Shown in pieces: positions 25,810-38,194 of a stretch of DNA of 64,000 nucleotides. The DNA is taken from NCBI GenBank assembly GCA_030704615.1, contig CM060731.1, positions 94,612,001 through 94,676,000 on the forward strand, in the 5' to 3' direction. A program made the position numbers and the translations under genes. The first letter of the stretch is position 1. Every line of letters begins with the position of its first letter. This stretch comes from Takakia lepidozioides. Taxonomy: Eukaryota; Plantae; Bryophyta. Under the pieces are notes generated by a model. The model was not told the DNA's origin. It worked only from the letters and a program-made list of their open reading frames with translations, and ran no database searches.

Positions 25810-26459
25810 CATGAACTATGTAATGTGGTATGTGGATGACCATGATTTGAAATGTGTAATTCACATCAATTCGTCGGCTGTGCAATGATATGGCCTCCAA
25901 CTATACGGAGTGAGGTCTGAGTGACAACTTTTAGGTAGTGCACATTTGTCATTGCACCTTTCGAAGTCTACATGTCTTGCTGTCGCTATGCACTACAATC
26001 ATCTTTTGAAGATGATCATAACTCTCATTGTTATTTGAGGAGGGAAGAAGTCTTCTCGTGGCAGCCTTTATGGCGCACACTTTGTGAGGATATTTTGTCG
26101 TCTTCGTAATTGTAAAAGTGAAACAAACATTTGTAATTGCACAATGTTGGATGCTGCAATTGTAGGCCTCAACGCTCGTCTTGATTCTATTTAGGCAAGA
26201 TTCCCTGCATTAATTCCACGGTCATAGGACCATCCACGGTTATAGGCGGCGCATGTTAATGCTGACGTGGCAGTTGACGGACAGTGCCACGTCATCATTT
26301 ACCGCCACATCAGCATGCTGACATGACGCTCACGCCACGTCAGCATGTGTGCAGGCTCACGCCACGTCAGCTGGCGTGAGCGTACGCTCACGCCACGTCA
26401 CTCCTGCGTGAGCGTACGCTCGCGCGCTCACGTGCAACGCTCACGCCATTGCGTCGTTG

Positions 26460-27818
26460 ATATCATTTTGGTTTCATGGCTTGATAACAAACAGGGGTTT
26501 CTGAGCTGCTCTTTCACCTTGACAGAGCTATTTTATGAGGCCTTAAAATACCATTCCAGGCCTATACCTGCTTAAGGGGGCTCAACCCTGTTGTTTCTTC
26601 TTCCTTTTTAAGAATCTTGCTTGTATCTTGGTTCTGAAACATCAACTTCAAACCAGTATTGTTTCTTAGGGAAGTGAAATGCTCAAGACCTGGATTTTGT
26701 TTGCCTTGGCCCGCTAAAGACTCTCAATCTAAAGGCCTGGCTGCAGGCAGGGTTCTTCTGAGTTTCTTTGTTAACTCAGATCTTTGGAGGTTCTAGAATA
26801 CCACTCAAGACCTAGATCTGTTTTGGAACACTCAACCTTGCATAGGTTTCTTGTTTACTGCTTGTGGTTTGGCATTGATACGTCACCAAACTAGCTTTGA
26901 AATGAAACCTCTCAGCTTGACTCTGTTGTGTCAAACAGGTACGCCTTGTTTAGGGAACACACACACTCATTATGGCTCTCATAGCAGTCTGAATTTGAGG
27001 GCTGATAGCAGGCAAATTTGGGATAATTTTCCTTGCTTCTGTTTTATGATTCCTGCTTGTGACACGACACTAAAACGTCACCTTCAGGCCAGCAATAGCC
27101 TCTAGGGATAAGACTTGTTCAAAACCTGGATGTTGGCATGCAGCCTCATGATATATACCATGTCTTGAACCATGCCAATAGGGCAAGAGGAAACATGATG
27201 TAAACCAGCAAATGCTTAAGGCATATTTGTTTGACTGTTCAAACTCAACTTGAATTGTTTTTTAGCATGAGTCTTGGGGAATGTCCCAAGACCTACAATC
27301 TGGTTTTCACAACTTATTTTGCTAAGGTGTTGTGTCTATTTGCAAATACTTAAGGCATGTATGGCTGGCTGTTTCAACTTGAAGTGCTATGAGCTTGATT
27401 CTGGGAAATATCCCCAAACCTGCAATCTGGTTTTTGAAATGAGTTTGAAATGAGTTTTTGAAATGATGGTGCAAACTATGGTGCTTTCATGATATGATTG
27501 ACCTGGAATCCCACCCTCCCACCCTGTTTTTTCAGAGACCCTGAAATGTAATGGGGTATTCAAATGAGATTGTAAACATGAAAGGGAATGTTAGATGGTG
27601 CCCTGTAAAGGGCTGTTTTGTCTTTCAATGACAGTGACCTTAGCGGTCTTGTCCATGTCTTGACATGACATGTATATCTTCCCTCTCTCCCTCTCTCCCT
27701 CTGTCCCATCAAGATGTGGAGAGAGAGGGACTGTTGAGGGGGGAAAAAAAAAAACGGTGGGGTGGTGGGGAAGTGACTGGAGCAGCTGCCCCCCCCCCCC
27801 TCCCCCTCTCTCTCCCTT
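26460..27818 (+). repeat. Repeat X copy B, right part
   Basis: Continues the copy B sequence, matches 13297-13680 and reverse-complement 33770-34240, and abuts the truncated CACTA transposase. Confidence 0.88.
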
Positions 27819-30290
27819 CTTCATGCATGGAAAGTCCGCTTCCTCCAGCTCTTTGGAGCAAATCCACCTGAACAATGCTCCCAATCTATAAACTGTTTCG
27901 CGAACCTCGGGAGTCAATGTCCCACGCACTGCAATGGGCAAGATGTCTTGCAATAGATTGTGGTAGTCATGAGACTTCAAACCATGGACCCCATCTTTGT
28001 TGAACTTCATACGGAGGGATGATCCATAACCAGTTGGTGTTCGGACAGCTCCTATGGTGGCTATCACTTTCTTGTATTCCTCCTTTGTCCATTGCCAAGG
28101 TGCACGCCTATACTTCCACCGTACAACACCCTTTGGGTCCACACCATTTTCTTCGGCCCATAGATGGGGCATGCGACCCTGCTCCTCAAGTTCATTTCTA
28201 ACACCGAGAGAATCTCCTTTCGCAGCCACTCCCTTCTTTGCCGGCGTGCCATGAAGAACACGAAAAAAGGACGAACAAACATTCTTCTCAATATGCATGG
28301 GATCTAGAAGATGACGAATCTTCAGGTCCTACACATATCCCCACCCACAAATTCTTACACGTCTATTTTGTCGTGAAAGTGACAATGGAAATCATACAAA
28401 ACATGCAATATCACATGCATGCATAGCAATATTGATGGTGTTTTTGTGGAATATGTACCGCCCAATATGGCAACTCGTAGAAGATTGAAAGCCGCTTCAT
28501 GCCGGGCACCTCCACTTCACCGGACCCCTCCGGATGGGCCTCCTTCCATCGGTCTTCCCAAAAGTGCCCGGATGGTGTCACAGGTGGGGGACGTAACTCC
28601 ACTTTGCCATCAAACAAGTGTTTGTCTCTTCTTCTCCAATGATGGCTCATAGGAAGAAACTTGCGGTAGTTGGGATACACCATCTTGCGAAGATTGCTGG
28701 AGCTTTGTGCATCAAGTTCATCGCCACAATGCAGGCATGCGTGGTACCCTTTAGTGCTCACCCCCGAGCAAACAGTAAGTCCTGTAGACATTCCGCCACA
28801 TTAGCAAAGACAATAAGTTGCCATGTGCATCTACCCCACTACGGTGCAGAAGACTGTCGCCGCTACTTCAATCAATCCCAATCCTCATCAATATCCCTTG
28901 ACAGGTAAATGTACGCGGGTTTCTCATGGGGAACATAATAATCATGCATTGTCCAAAGCAAGATGCCTCTCATCTGAAAAGATTGTCCGGCCATAGGGTC
29001 AAGTGAAGCATCCAATGCCGAGACCCCCCTCCATAACTCCTTCAGTTCATCAACTAGAGGTCGCAAGTACGTGTCCATGTCTTTCACTTGTTTTTTCCCT
29101 ATGAGACATTCACACCATTAATTGTTTCAATGCTCCACCATGCTAATTATACTTCATAATGAATGACACATCTTACTACATGATTACGTCACTCATCAAT
29201 CTTCCATCGGAATTGCGCCAAAGAGAAGAAGATTAATGTAAAACCCAAAGTAATAATAAGCATGAAATGGGAACACACACCCGGTACATTGGCAGCCAGC
29301 ATGATATGGCCTTTTTTTTTATTGAAAGATACGGAGGGATGTTGTAATTCACCATGGTCACCGGCCAAGTGGAATGACTACATGCCTGGACAGAGAATGG
29401 GTTGACCCCATCCGAGGAGAAGCCGAGGCTGACATGTCGTGGGTCCTCCAAGAGAAAAGGCCACATCTCTTTAGTATGCCTCCATGCTTGTGAATCTTGT
29501 GGCCCGCACACCTTCCCCGGGGGGCTCCGATGCGAGGCGTGCCATCTCATCAGTTCTGCCAATGAGGGGCTTCGGTAGTGTGCCTACAGTCGCGGGATGA
29601 TTGGAAAGTAGTGCATTTTCTGGCACCATCCCCATGTCGGCCCCATATCATAATCAGTGTCATTCATATCTCTAAGTAAAACCTTACGTCTTGTAGCGGT
29701 TGCAAAAAGGTAGAATGCAATATACAAGTGTATTGTGGCGCGGGTATACCTTGCGCGGGGCTTTCTTCCCTTGAACATCATCCCGATATCGGTCTTTGTT
29801 GCACTTTGGACACTTGGTGAGTTTTGCATCCTCTCCATAGTACAGGGTTTTATCACATGGACATGCATGAAAAATCTTATAGCCCATCCCCACAGCATCC
29901 AAGGCTGCTCTTGCCTCTTTTCTTGATCATGGCATTCTCGGCTTCAAATGTGGGGCAAGGATGTAGTCCGCAATAGTCTGCATTATGGCAGACATACCCA
30001 CATTGCTTATGCCAAACCGGATTTGCAAATTCAGCAACAACAAGATGGTTGAAAGTCTACTCACTTTGGCCCCTTCGTATAAGGGAGTTTTGGCTTCTTT
30101 TTCCATGTCATTCAAAGAGTCTGTGTCCTCATCTACCATCTGATGCATTAAGAGGTCCTCCATTGCTGCCACATCCTCATGCATAATTCCATTGTCATTG
30201 TTGTCCTCATCATCGGAGACCGCCATTTCAGACGGGGTCGGGTCCCTTTGATACGCACCCCCCTCCGAAGGAACAAAATCTCGGTTCATG
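27819..30290 (-). pseudogene. CACTA/EnSpm TnpD-type transposase (Transposase_21), multi-exon, 3' truncated by repeat X
   Basis: HACPCDKTLY...CPKC; MRWH...DSQAW...SDGVNPF...STWPV..VNYNIPP; DTYLRPLVDELKELW; KGYHAC..C; SIFYELPYW; MHIEKNV; GLKSHDYH. Confidence 0.95.
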
Positions 30291-30654
30291 ACAAGATCAT
30301 GAACTTCATGAATTAACGTCGTGGGGTTGTGGCCGGCATCCTAAGATGCCAAAAACAACCATGTCATTATCAGTTTCCATACATGGCGTTGTTCATTATT
30401 ATACAAGATAAAACCCAAATTACACATTATACACACGAGGGGAATACATACATTGCTTCACCACATGAAGGAGACACTATATAATTCAAAATACCCAAAT
30501 TCACATATAACGTCCACCCAAACTCCCTTGAATATAGCATGAAAAATTGCATCCAAATACACATCAATGCCTATGTATATATATACACGGTGGAGGAAGC
30601 CACCTCAATGTACAAAATGTCTTCCTACGTCCATCTACACATGATGAAAGTCGG

Positions 30655-31110
30655 CTAACGCCTAAAGTCATACTCTGCAAACAACTCCTCTCCAGCCCTA
30701 ATAGTCCTCTTTGCACATGTCATCACAAAAGTGGTGATGTTAGGGTCCAATCTACTATCCCCGTCATGGCGCTCATCCCAAAACACGTTGGCGGTGTGGC
30801 CCGGTGGTAAGGTAACTGAACTGTTGATGAGCCCAGCCACATTGCCGTACACATCGGGGTTTCCGTCACAATAAATATGGGCTTTGCGGCCCAAATTTCT
30901 CGCCCTTACATCATTGTCGTTCACAACAAGGATGTAAGGATGGATCAAGGACGCAAGGCCGTGTGTCTGCAATAATTACCACTCCCGGTGGATGAACCTC
31001 AGCCCAAAATAGGGGAACAAATCCACAGAATCCTCTCCTCCCCCCAAAACTACATCCTCCATAAAAAAAAAGTCCGCGACCCATATTAGGGTCCATTGCC
31101 TCCATCACGC
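30655..31110 (-). pseudogene. SET-domain (protein lysine methyltransferase-like) coding segment inside the CACTA element, frameshifted
   Basis: MGRGLFF ... YCDG...GNVAGLINSS...ANV...CAKRTIRAGEELFAEYDF match the SET signature motifs. Confidence 0.85.
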
Positions 31111-32464
31111 AATACATGCAACCCCAAAAAAGAAAGGGCTCACCCTCGGGAATCGGAACTGGACAAGGCACAAGACATTGGTAGAAATGGGGTTGGACTC
31201 CCATCGTGAATAGCCCCCTAGCACCACGATGATGTATGGTGCCGTCATCAGGCCGGCGAAGGCGCGGACCAACCGTGCGAAACAACTTCGGTCCACCTCT
31301 CCTAGGGGGCAGCACCCGTCCATCACTTCGGGGGCCCTTCTCCCGGAGTGGGAACCTAGTGATCCATCGGTCCTAGTCATACACAGTCCCCAAAGGTGGT
31401 GGGATCCATCCAGGATCTGCCGGAGGACCCGGATACGGACTCGGTGGCGGCTGTGGTCTCGGCAATGGAGGGGAAGGGAAACGTAGGTTGGTATGAGGGA
31501 TCTCGCGTGGAGGTAGTACTGGCCGAGATGGCCGGGATGGCGATGGTGACGAGGAAAGAACATGTACAATAGGAGGAACGGACGATGCGGATGATGGTGA
31601 TGATGGGGGTGCCGATGTCGAGGATGTCGAACTCGGACTCGGTGGCGGCTGTGGTCTTGGCAATGGAGGGGAAGGGACACGTAGCCGGTCGGTATGAGGG
31701 ACCTTGGATGGCAATGGTGATGAGAAAAGACCATCTACAATAGGAGGAATAGACGATGCGGATGATGGTGATGATGGGGGTGCCGATGTCGAGGATGACG
31801 AATGTGTGTGCGTAGGTGACAAGCGCCTAGCCCGATGCCCAAAAATAGAAAACACGCATCGTACCCCGCTACCTCACAGACTGCATCTACGTCATGTTGC
31901 GAGAAAAAAATGTTCACATCCAGAACGGGGTGGGGCTCGTAAGAAGGAAGAAACCCGCATCGGTATGCCTCTTCAGCAAAAAAATTGCGAGCTTGGACAT
32001 CAAGACGGGGCTGCAAGATGCATGATATGAAATGCATCAATACTCAATTCACAAATGCGAGGTTTCATTAGATATAGTACTTTTAATTGAGGAGTACGTG
32101 AGAAGATATATGGACGACTTACCTTTGCTGCATCAGCAATCTCGTACTTGGCGTAATGTTTTTGCACAACATGGGGTCGCCGCATCATCGGTGTGGTCCT
32201 CCCAACCGCTAGTCGTGCCCAACACCAACTGCACCAACACTCAATCTTGGGGAGGCGGTCCCGGCGGGGTCTCCCCGGGGCTCGTGCCTCTGGACTTGGC
32301 GGCCTACGACCTCGGGGTGGTGGCCGTGGGGGCAAAGCTGTGCGGACATGGCGATGCCGCCTAACTCGTAGACGAGGCGAACGTGCTGTCTTGCCCTCAG
32401 TAGGTGGTTGTGGCACAGCCGGCAACGAATCCTCAAGTGTGACACGTCGATAAACAAGCGGCAT
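31110..32464 (-). pseudogene. 5' exons of the CACTA gene: Pro/Arg-rich leader, CxCxxC...H motif (transposase-associated-domain-like) and Pro/Ser-rich repeats leading into the SET segment
   Basis: IECWCSWC...VVQKHY in ORF 32000-32464, a GT donor near 32122, and internal duplications at 31436/31634 and 31566/31737. Confidence 0.55.
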
Positions 32465-33769
32465 GACCTAGCACGAAAGAGAGGTAGAGTACCGTATTGT
32501 GACCCACTATAACCTCTGGAGGAGTTACACTCCCAACCCTTGGAAAAACTTGAAAAAAAAACCCCTACAAACGTAAAGCCATATGTCCCCACCCCACCAA
32601 AAAACAAAACCCTAAAAACAAAACAAAACAAACTATATTATAACTAACCCTAAACTAAACTATGAAACTAAACCCTAAACTAAACTATGTAACCCTTAAA
32701 ACCCTAAGAGCCAAAGACCCAAAAACCCAAATGATCCTTGCAAAACCCCATAACCCAAAAAACTAAAAAAATAAAATAAAAAATGAGAGGCCTCTTCAAC
32801 TCACCTCTGCGCCAGATCTGCAACTGCCGTGCGACTCCCATGCGACATGCCCCTGAGGCAGCGACGCTCGTGCGATTCCCCAATGTCGCAGCAGATCCTC
32901 CTCCTGCCAAGGTGGCCGCCCTTCTCTCCCCTTCTCTCTCCCCTTCGCGAAGGCGCCTGATCGCTGCCAAGGTTTTCCGGTGGGGTCGCCACACTGTCGC
33001 GCCGCGGCTGCACCGACCGCCTCTAACTCCCCCTCTCAATCTCTCTATCTGATCTCTCTCTCCCTCACCCTCCTCCTCTCACTCTTCCTCCCTCCCCTCC
33101 CTCCATCCCTACTTTGTTTTTTTTTGCTCTCGAGCTCTCCCGGGCGCAACTACCCCCGCGAGCCGGAGCGTTTTCCGGCGGCGGTGACGCACCACGGCAT
33201 TCAAACCCGCGCGCGCCCTCTCTTTCACTCTCCCTCTCGCCCCAATCCCTCTCCCTCACTCTCTCTCTCCCTCTTCTATGTCGTTTTGTTTTTTGTTGCT
33301 GTTTGAGCGAGCTGGGAATGCGCCCCCGTGAGCTGCTGGTGGAGCGCCAGCCGAACGCCAGCGCCGCGGGAGGGTCCACCAGCGTGAAGGAGCTGCCGCA
33401 TGAGGGAGCTACCCTCCCTCTCCTTCTCTCTCTCTCATTCTCCCTCTTAGCCCCCACTCTCCCTCTCGCCCTTATCTCTCTCCCTCATTCTCTCCCTCGC
33501 TCTCTCACTCCCTCTTCTCCCTTTTTTGTTGTTTGAGCGAGGGAGTGTGCCCACGCAACCTGGTGGCGGAGCGCTCGCGGAACGCCAGCGTGAAGGAGCT
33601 GCTGCGTGAGGCGCCCAACTGCAGGTAAGGAGCCATGCATTTCTGATCTTCATATGAGAGATTTCAGTGAGAGTTTGGGTTCCATAGAGTAGACTGTGGA
33701 ATCCCCACGGATCTCATAGTATATAGGACAATAGAAGAAGTGTTCTTCAGTTTCAATTTCATGGAGAGA

Positions 33770-35766
33770 GTGGGAGAGAGAGAAGATATACATGTCATGT
33801 CAAGACATGGACAAGACCGCTAAGGTCATTGTCATTGAAAGACAAAACAGCCCTTTACAGGGCACCATCTAACATTCTCTTTCATGTTTACAATCTCATT
33901 TGAATACCCAATTACATTTCAGGGTCTCTGAAAAAACAGGGCGGGAGGGTGGGATTCCAGGTCATTCATATCATGAAAGCACCATAGTACACATCATCAT
34001 CTCAAGAATCCATTTTAAACTCATTTCAAAAACCAGATTGCAGGTTTGGTTTGAAGATGATGTTTTAGAACCAAGATATAAGCAAGATTCTTAAAAAGGA
34101 AGAAGAAACAACAGGGTAGAGCCCCCTTAAGCAGGTATAGGCCTAGAATGGTATTTTAAGGCCTCATAAAATAGTTCTGCCAAGGTGAAAGAGCAGCTCA
34201 GAAACCCCTGTTTGTTATCAAGCCATGAAACCAAAATGATATGAGGGCCTTGAAGAATGTGTGTTATCTATCAAAGCCTATCTTTTTGATCCATCAGAGT
34301 CATACCAAGAGTACTCATTTCAGAGCCAAGTATCAAGGCAGTCAAAGTAATAACTGCTATTTTGTATCCTTGTATCCTTCATAGCTAAACTCCTACATAT
34401 GCAAATGTGGTTGTAAAAAACCATAAACAGGGGTAAGGAGAGAAGCAGATCCCCATTGGAGCCATCTTGGAGCAGGTCTGAAGCGGCATGGTGGCAGTTT
34501 GAAACAGCAGATGGCATCAGCAGCTTAGGCAGCAGCAGTATCCACACTTGCAAGAACAGGAACTGCAAGCTTCAAGAAATCAAGACAAGTGAAGACCCTC
34601 ACCTGTGCCCGTCCCAAAAACCACCACATAGCGATGTGTGTTAGTGAGGATGCAGCAGGTAAATGGCAGGTCTTCACAGTTGCTATCCATGTCAGTGTTG
34701 AATTCTAAAGCAAGTACAGATCACAATTCAAGCAATGGTAAACTCAAAAAACCTTGAGTGTTTGTGGTATGCCCTGCGCCATGGCGTCCAACAGATCGTC
34801 TCCAACAGAACGCAATCAGAGTAGAAGCGTTCACAGATAGAGAATGGCTCATACACAAAGAGAGAGCAACATGTAGTCTGTAGATAAATATGGATATAGT
34901 ACTTCCCAACAAGGAGTAAAAGCGCCGCTGCAAAATAAAGAACCATGAGTTCCTGATCAGAGCAATCACGGCTTTGTCGTCTGCCATAGAAGAATCTGTT
35001 TAACCACCAATGCGCATCCCAAGAGCCAGCAATCACGAGTACCATGTAGCAGCAGGGGAGCAGGTTTATACGGCGCATCATCAAGGTTCACTGAAGCACG
35101 AGTTCAATGCTGTGAAGTGTGTCGGCCTGCTTAGGGCAAAACTTCCCGATTTTTCATCCAGGATGGATGAAATATCACATTTTACCAAGAGAGGCATTTT
35201 GTCACTGGATGACATCCCATAGAAATGTATCTTTTAGGGTTATGGTATAGGCTTAGGTTTAATAACTGCCATCGTTTATGATGGTAGTTTTATTATTCTC
35301 TTGGATTTTATAATAGGTAACCATTATTTATGTAGATCATCCAGTTTAGATGAAAAAAATAGATGGTAACTCTAGCTTTCTGTATATTAAGTTTCATCAT
35401 CCAATAATAAAATAAAATCATCCAGATTTGGATGAAAAAGGCAGGGATGAAAAACTAAATAACCTCAAAAGGTTAAGGCTAGATGAAATCCAAAGAGTTA
35501 TAGAGGGAGAGGGAGAGAGGGAGAGAGAGGGACAGGGACACATGGGAGAGAGGGAGGGAGAGGGATAGAGGGGGCCAAGAAAATAAAAAAAGAAGTAGGG
35601 GGGGGGTGACTGAGCGGGAGCAGCTCAGTCCCTCTCTGGTTTTTTTTCTTTTGTGAGCAGCAGAAGGACAGGGACAGATGGAGGAGAGAGACGGAGAAAT
35701 GAGGGAAAAAATAAGAAATAAAAATGTGGGGGGGGGGGGGGGGAATTTCGGATGAATTTCGGCGCC
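33770..35766 (-). repeat. Repeat X copy C (inverted); truncates the gypsy RT
   Basis: Reverse-complement match to copies A and B. The junction with RT reads LYAKASKC|GAEIH. Confidence 0.9.
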
Positions 35767-35769
35767 ACA

Positions 35770-36408
35770 CTTTGAAGCTTTGGCATACAGCTTCCCTTCC
35801 CGCAATTTCTGGAACACTCTTTTGAGGTGCTCCACCTTTGTTTTCGAATATACCAAGATGTCATCGATGTACACGATCACAAAGTCATCCAACCACTCCT
35901 GGAAAAGGCTGTTCATCAGCGTGCTAAAGGTCGCGGGAGCGTTGGTGAGTCCAAAAGGCATCACCAAGAACTCATACGAACCATACCTTGTCCTGCACGC
36001 GGTCTTCTCCTCATCTCCTTCCGCCACTCGAATTTGATGATAGCCGGAGCGCAGATCGATCCGGCTGAAATACTTTGCTCCTGCCAACCGATCGAAAAGG
36101 TCGTCGATCCTTGGCAAAAGGTACCAGTTTTTTATAGTCACCTTATTCAAAGCCCTGTAATCGACACACATCCGCAGCGTCCCATCCTTCTTGTCTGCGA
36201 ATAGCAGCGGGGCTCCGTAAGGTGACTTACTCGGCCGGATGTACCCCTTTGACATTAGATCTTTGAGCTGAGTCTTCAGCTTGACCAACTCTCTGTGGCT
36301 CAATCGGTAGGGCGCCTTGGCAGGCGGTTCCGATCCCGGTATCACCTCAATCTTGTGGTCAACTCCTCTTCGCGGTGGCAAGCCGCTTGGTAAATCCTCC
36401 GGCATCAC
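35770..36408 (-). pseudogene. Reverse transcriptase (truncated)
   Basis: PYRLS...[10 protein letters not shown]...[10 protein letters not shown]...DLRSGYHQ...MPFGLTNAP...[10 protein letters not shown]. Confidence 0.95.
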
Positions 36409-36423
36409 ATCCTGGTATTTCTC

Positions 36424-37908
36424 CTAAATCCCCTTGATCCAATCTGGGCTCGGCTCCCCATCGCCTTCTCCCTTCACTTCTCTAATGTAAAGCAAAAACT
36501 GGGGCTCGTATGCCTCCTCCACGGCCCACTCCCTTGCTGACAGGAGGTTTATTCGCCCTCCCACGGGTTTGGGCGTTTCCGACACTCGTAAGACCTCGCC
36601 ACCATTCCCACATGGCAGCGTGACTACTCTCTTGCGGCCATCTATGACCCCTCCGGATTTGCTCAAAAAGGTCATCCCCAAAATGAGATACACTCCATCG
36701 ATCTCGCAGATGGTGAAGTTCTCACGTCCCTCCCAACTCCCCAGTTGAAGAGGAACATCAAACGCCAACCTTGTCGCCAATTGCGGTTCTCCTTTGGCAG
36801 AACGCACCTCAATAGAGGCCCCCACGTCACTTGTCAGGAGTCCCAGCTTTTGTGCCGTTGCCGGTGTCATGAAGGAGTGCGACGCTCCTGTGTCCACCAA
36901 CAACGACACGTTAGTTCCGGATATTATCCCATCCACGAACAATAACTGACTCCCTTTACGTAAGGCGCCAGTTTCCTGATACAACTCACAAGAAAAATTT
37001 TCTACCTTGCAAGTCCTGGCGACCACCGCTTCCACCAAGCGACTGATGGTATCTTCCGACAGTTCTGTGGTCGCCCGAGTCAAGTTCAATTGCCGGGGCT
37101 TCGTGCACTTCTTGGCCATGTGCCCGGGCTCCCCGCAATTGAAACACACTCCATCAAAGGTCGCCTTCTGTCCGCCATAGGCCGCTCCACCCGATTTTCC
37201 TTTCGAAGCACCGGGTGCCGCCTTGACTTGTGAAGGCCCTCCCTTCGATTTCCACGTGCCATTGTCGCCGCGTGGCCTATCCCACTTCTTTTCCGGTCGG
37301 AAGGAGTCACCTTCCCGCCGGCCTTGTCTCTCACCCTTAGGAACATCCGAGAAACATTCAGCCCTCTCAATTGCCTCGTTCAAAGTCTTAGGTGGCTTCT
37401 TCTCCAACTTCCGCCTGGCCCATGGGGCCAGTCCCGCCACAAAGTTGAAGACCATTTCTGGTTCTGCCATGTCCGCGACTTCGAGCAACAGCACATTGAA
37501 AGCCTGGACGTATCCCCGAATGTCATCTGTTTGCTTCAAATTCCTCATCTTGTCCCGGGCAAGCCAGGACGCGTTGATGGGCACAAACTGCCTCTTCAAC
37601 AATTCCTTGAACCCACTCCAGTTCAAGGTTTCCGGGCTTGGACCTCGGTCGTGAAGGCGTTTATGCCACCATTGTTGAGCATAGCCCCTCAAATAGGTGG
37701 GAGCCACTTCCACCCGATCCTCGTCACTCAACTTGGCCGCCCGGAAGTACTGCTCTAGCTCCAAGAGCCAGGTGTTGAGTGCCTTCCGATTTCGGACGCC
37801 CTCGAAGGTGTCGGGTTCCTTAGGCTTCATCTTAAACTTTGCCTTAGTGGAAGTGGCATTAGCCGCCTTCAACACGTCTTTCAACGTCCCGCCAAATTGC
37901 GCCAACAA
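36424..37908 (-). pseudogene. Gag-protease region, bounded by in-frame stops
   Basis: Retrotransposon gag, CCHC knuckle and DTGAS protease. TAG codons at ~37916 and 36424 interrupt the frame. Confidence 0.92.
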
Positions 37909-38180
37909 CCCTTCCTAGAAGGCAGCCGGCATGGGAGGCATCTGTTGGTCGGTCGGAGTTCTCAGGGATTCCTCAGGCTCCGACTCCTCAGACTCCTCCC
38001 GCTCTTGAGCGGCCTCGTTTTCGGAAACATGCATCGCTTCCTCAAACAGCCGCCTCGGTGACACGTCGCCCCCATTGGGCTCACCAGGATCATCATCTTT
38101 TGGGCCGTTCCGCTTTCACTTTGGCTTGCCCGACCCCATGATGAGGCCAATCCCAAGGACGATCACGTACTGAACTCTAA

Positions 38181-38192
38181 GCTCTGATACCA
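38181..38192 (-). other. Primer-binding site complementary to initiator tRNA-Met
   Basis: TGGTATCAGAGC lies 2 nt downstream of the 5' LTR on the minus strand. Confidence 0.93.
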
Positions 38193-38194
38193 AG

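Larger units (their letters stand above)
15105..26459. mobile_element. Mutator-like (MULE) DNA transposon, 11.36 kb, carrying a ParB-like/DNA-methyltransferase cargo gene
   Basis: Interrupts repeat X. Left end TAGGGATGCCTCGGCGTGAGCCTGGTCACGTGAGC versus right end (reverse complement) CAACGACGCAATGGCGTGAGCGTTGCACGTGAGC. Flanks ATTTCATT / ATATCATT (7 of 8 identical). Encodes a MULE-type transposase. Confidence 0.88.

Noticed and set aside
15105-26459. hAT classification based on the TAGGGATG end and 8-bp TSD
   Set aside because: The transposase has MULE-type D..D..CxxH..E spacing plus SWIM, with no BED finger or hAT dimerisation motif.
32600-32790. Interstitial telomere (AAACCCT-like)
   Set aside because: Only scattered, degenerate AAACCCTA motifs with no tandem run.
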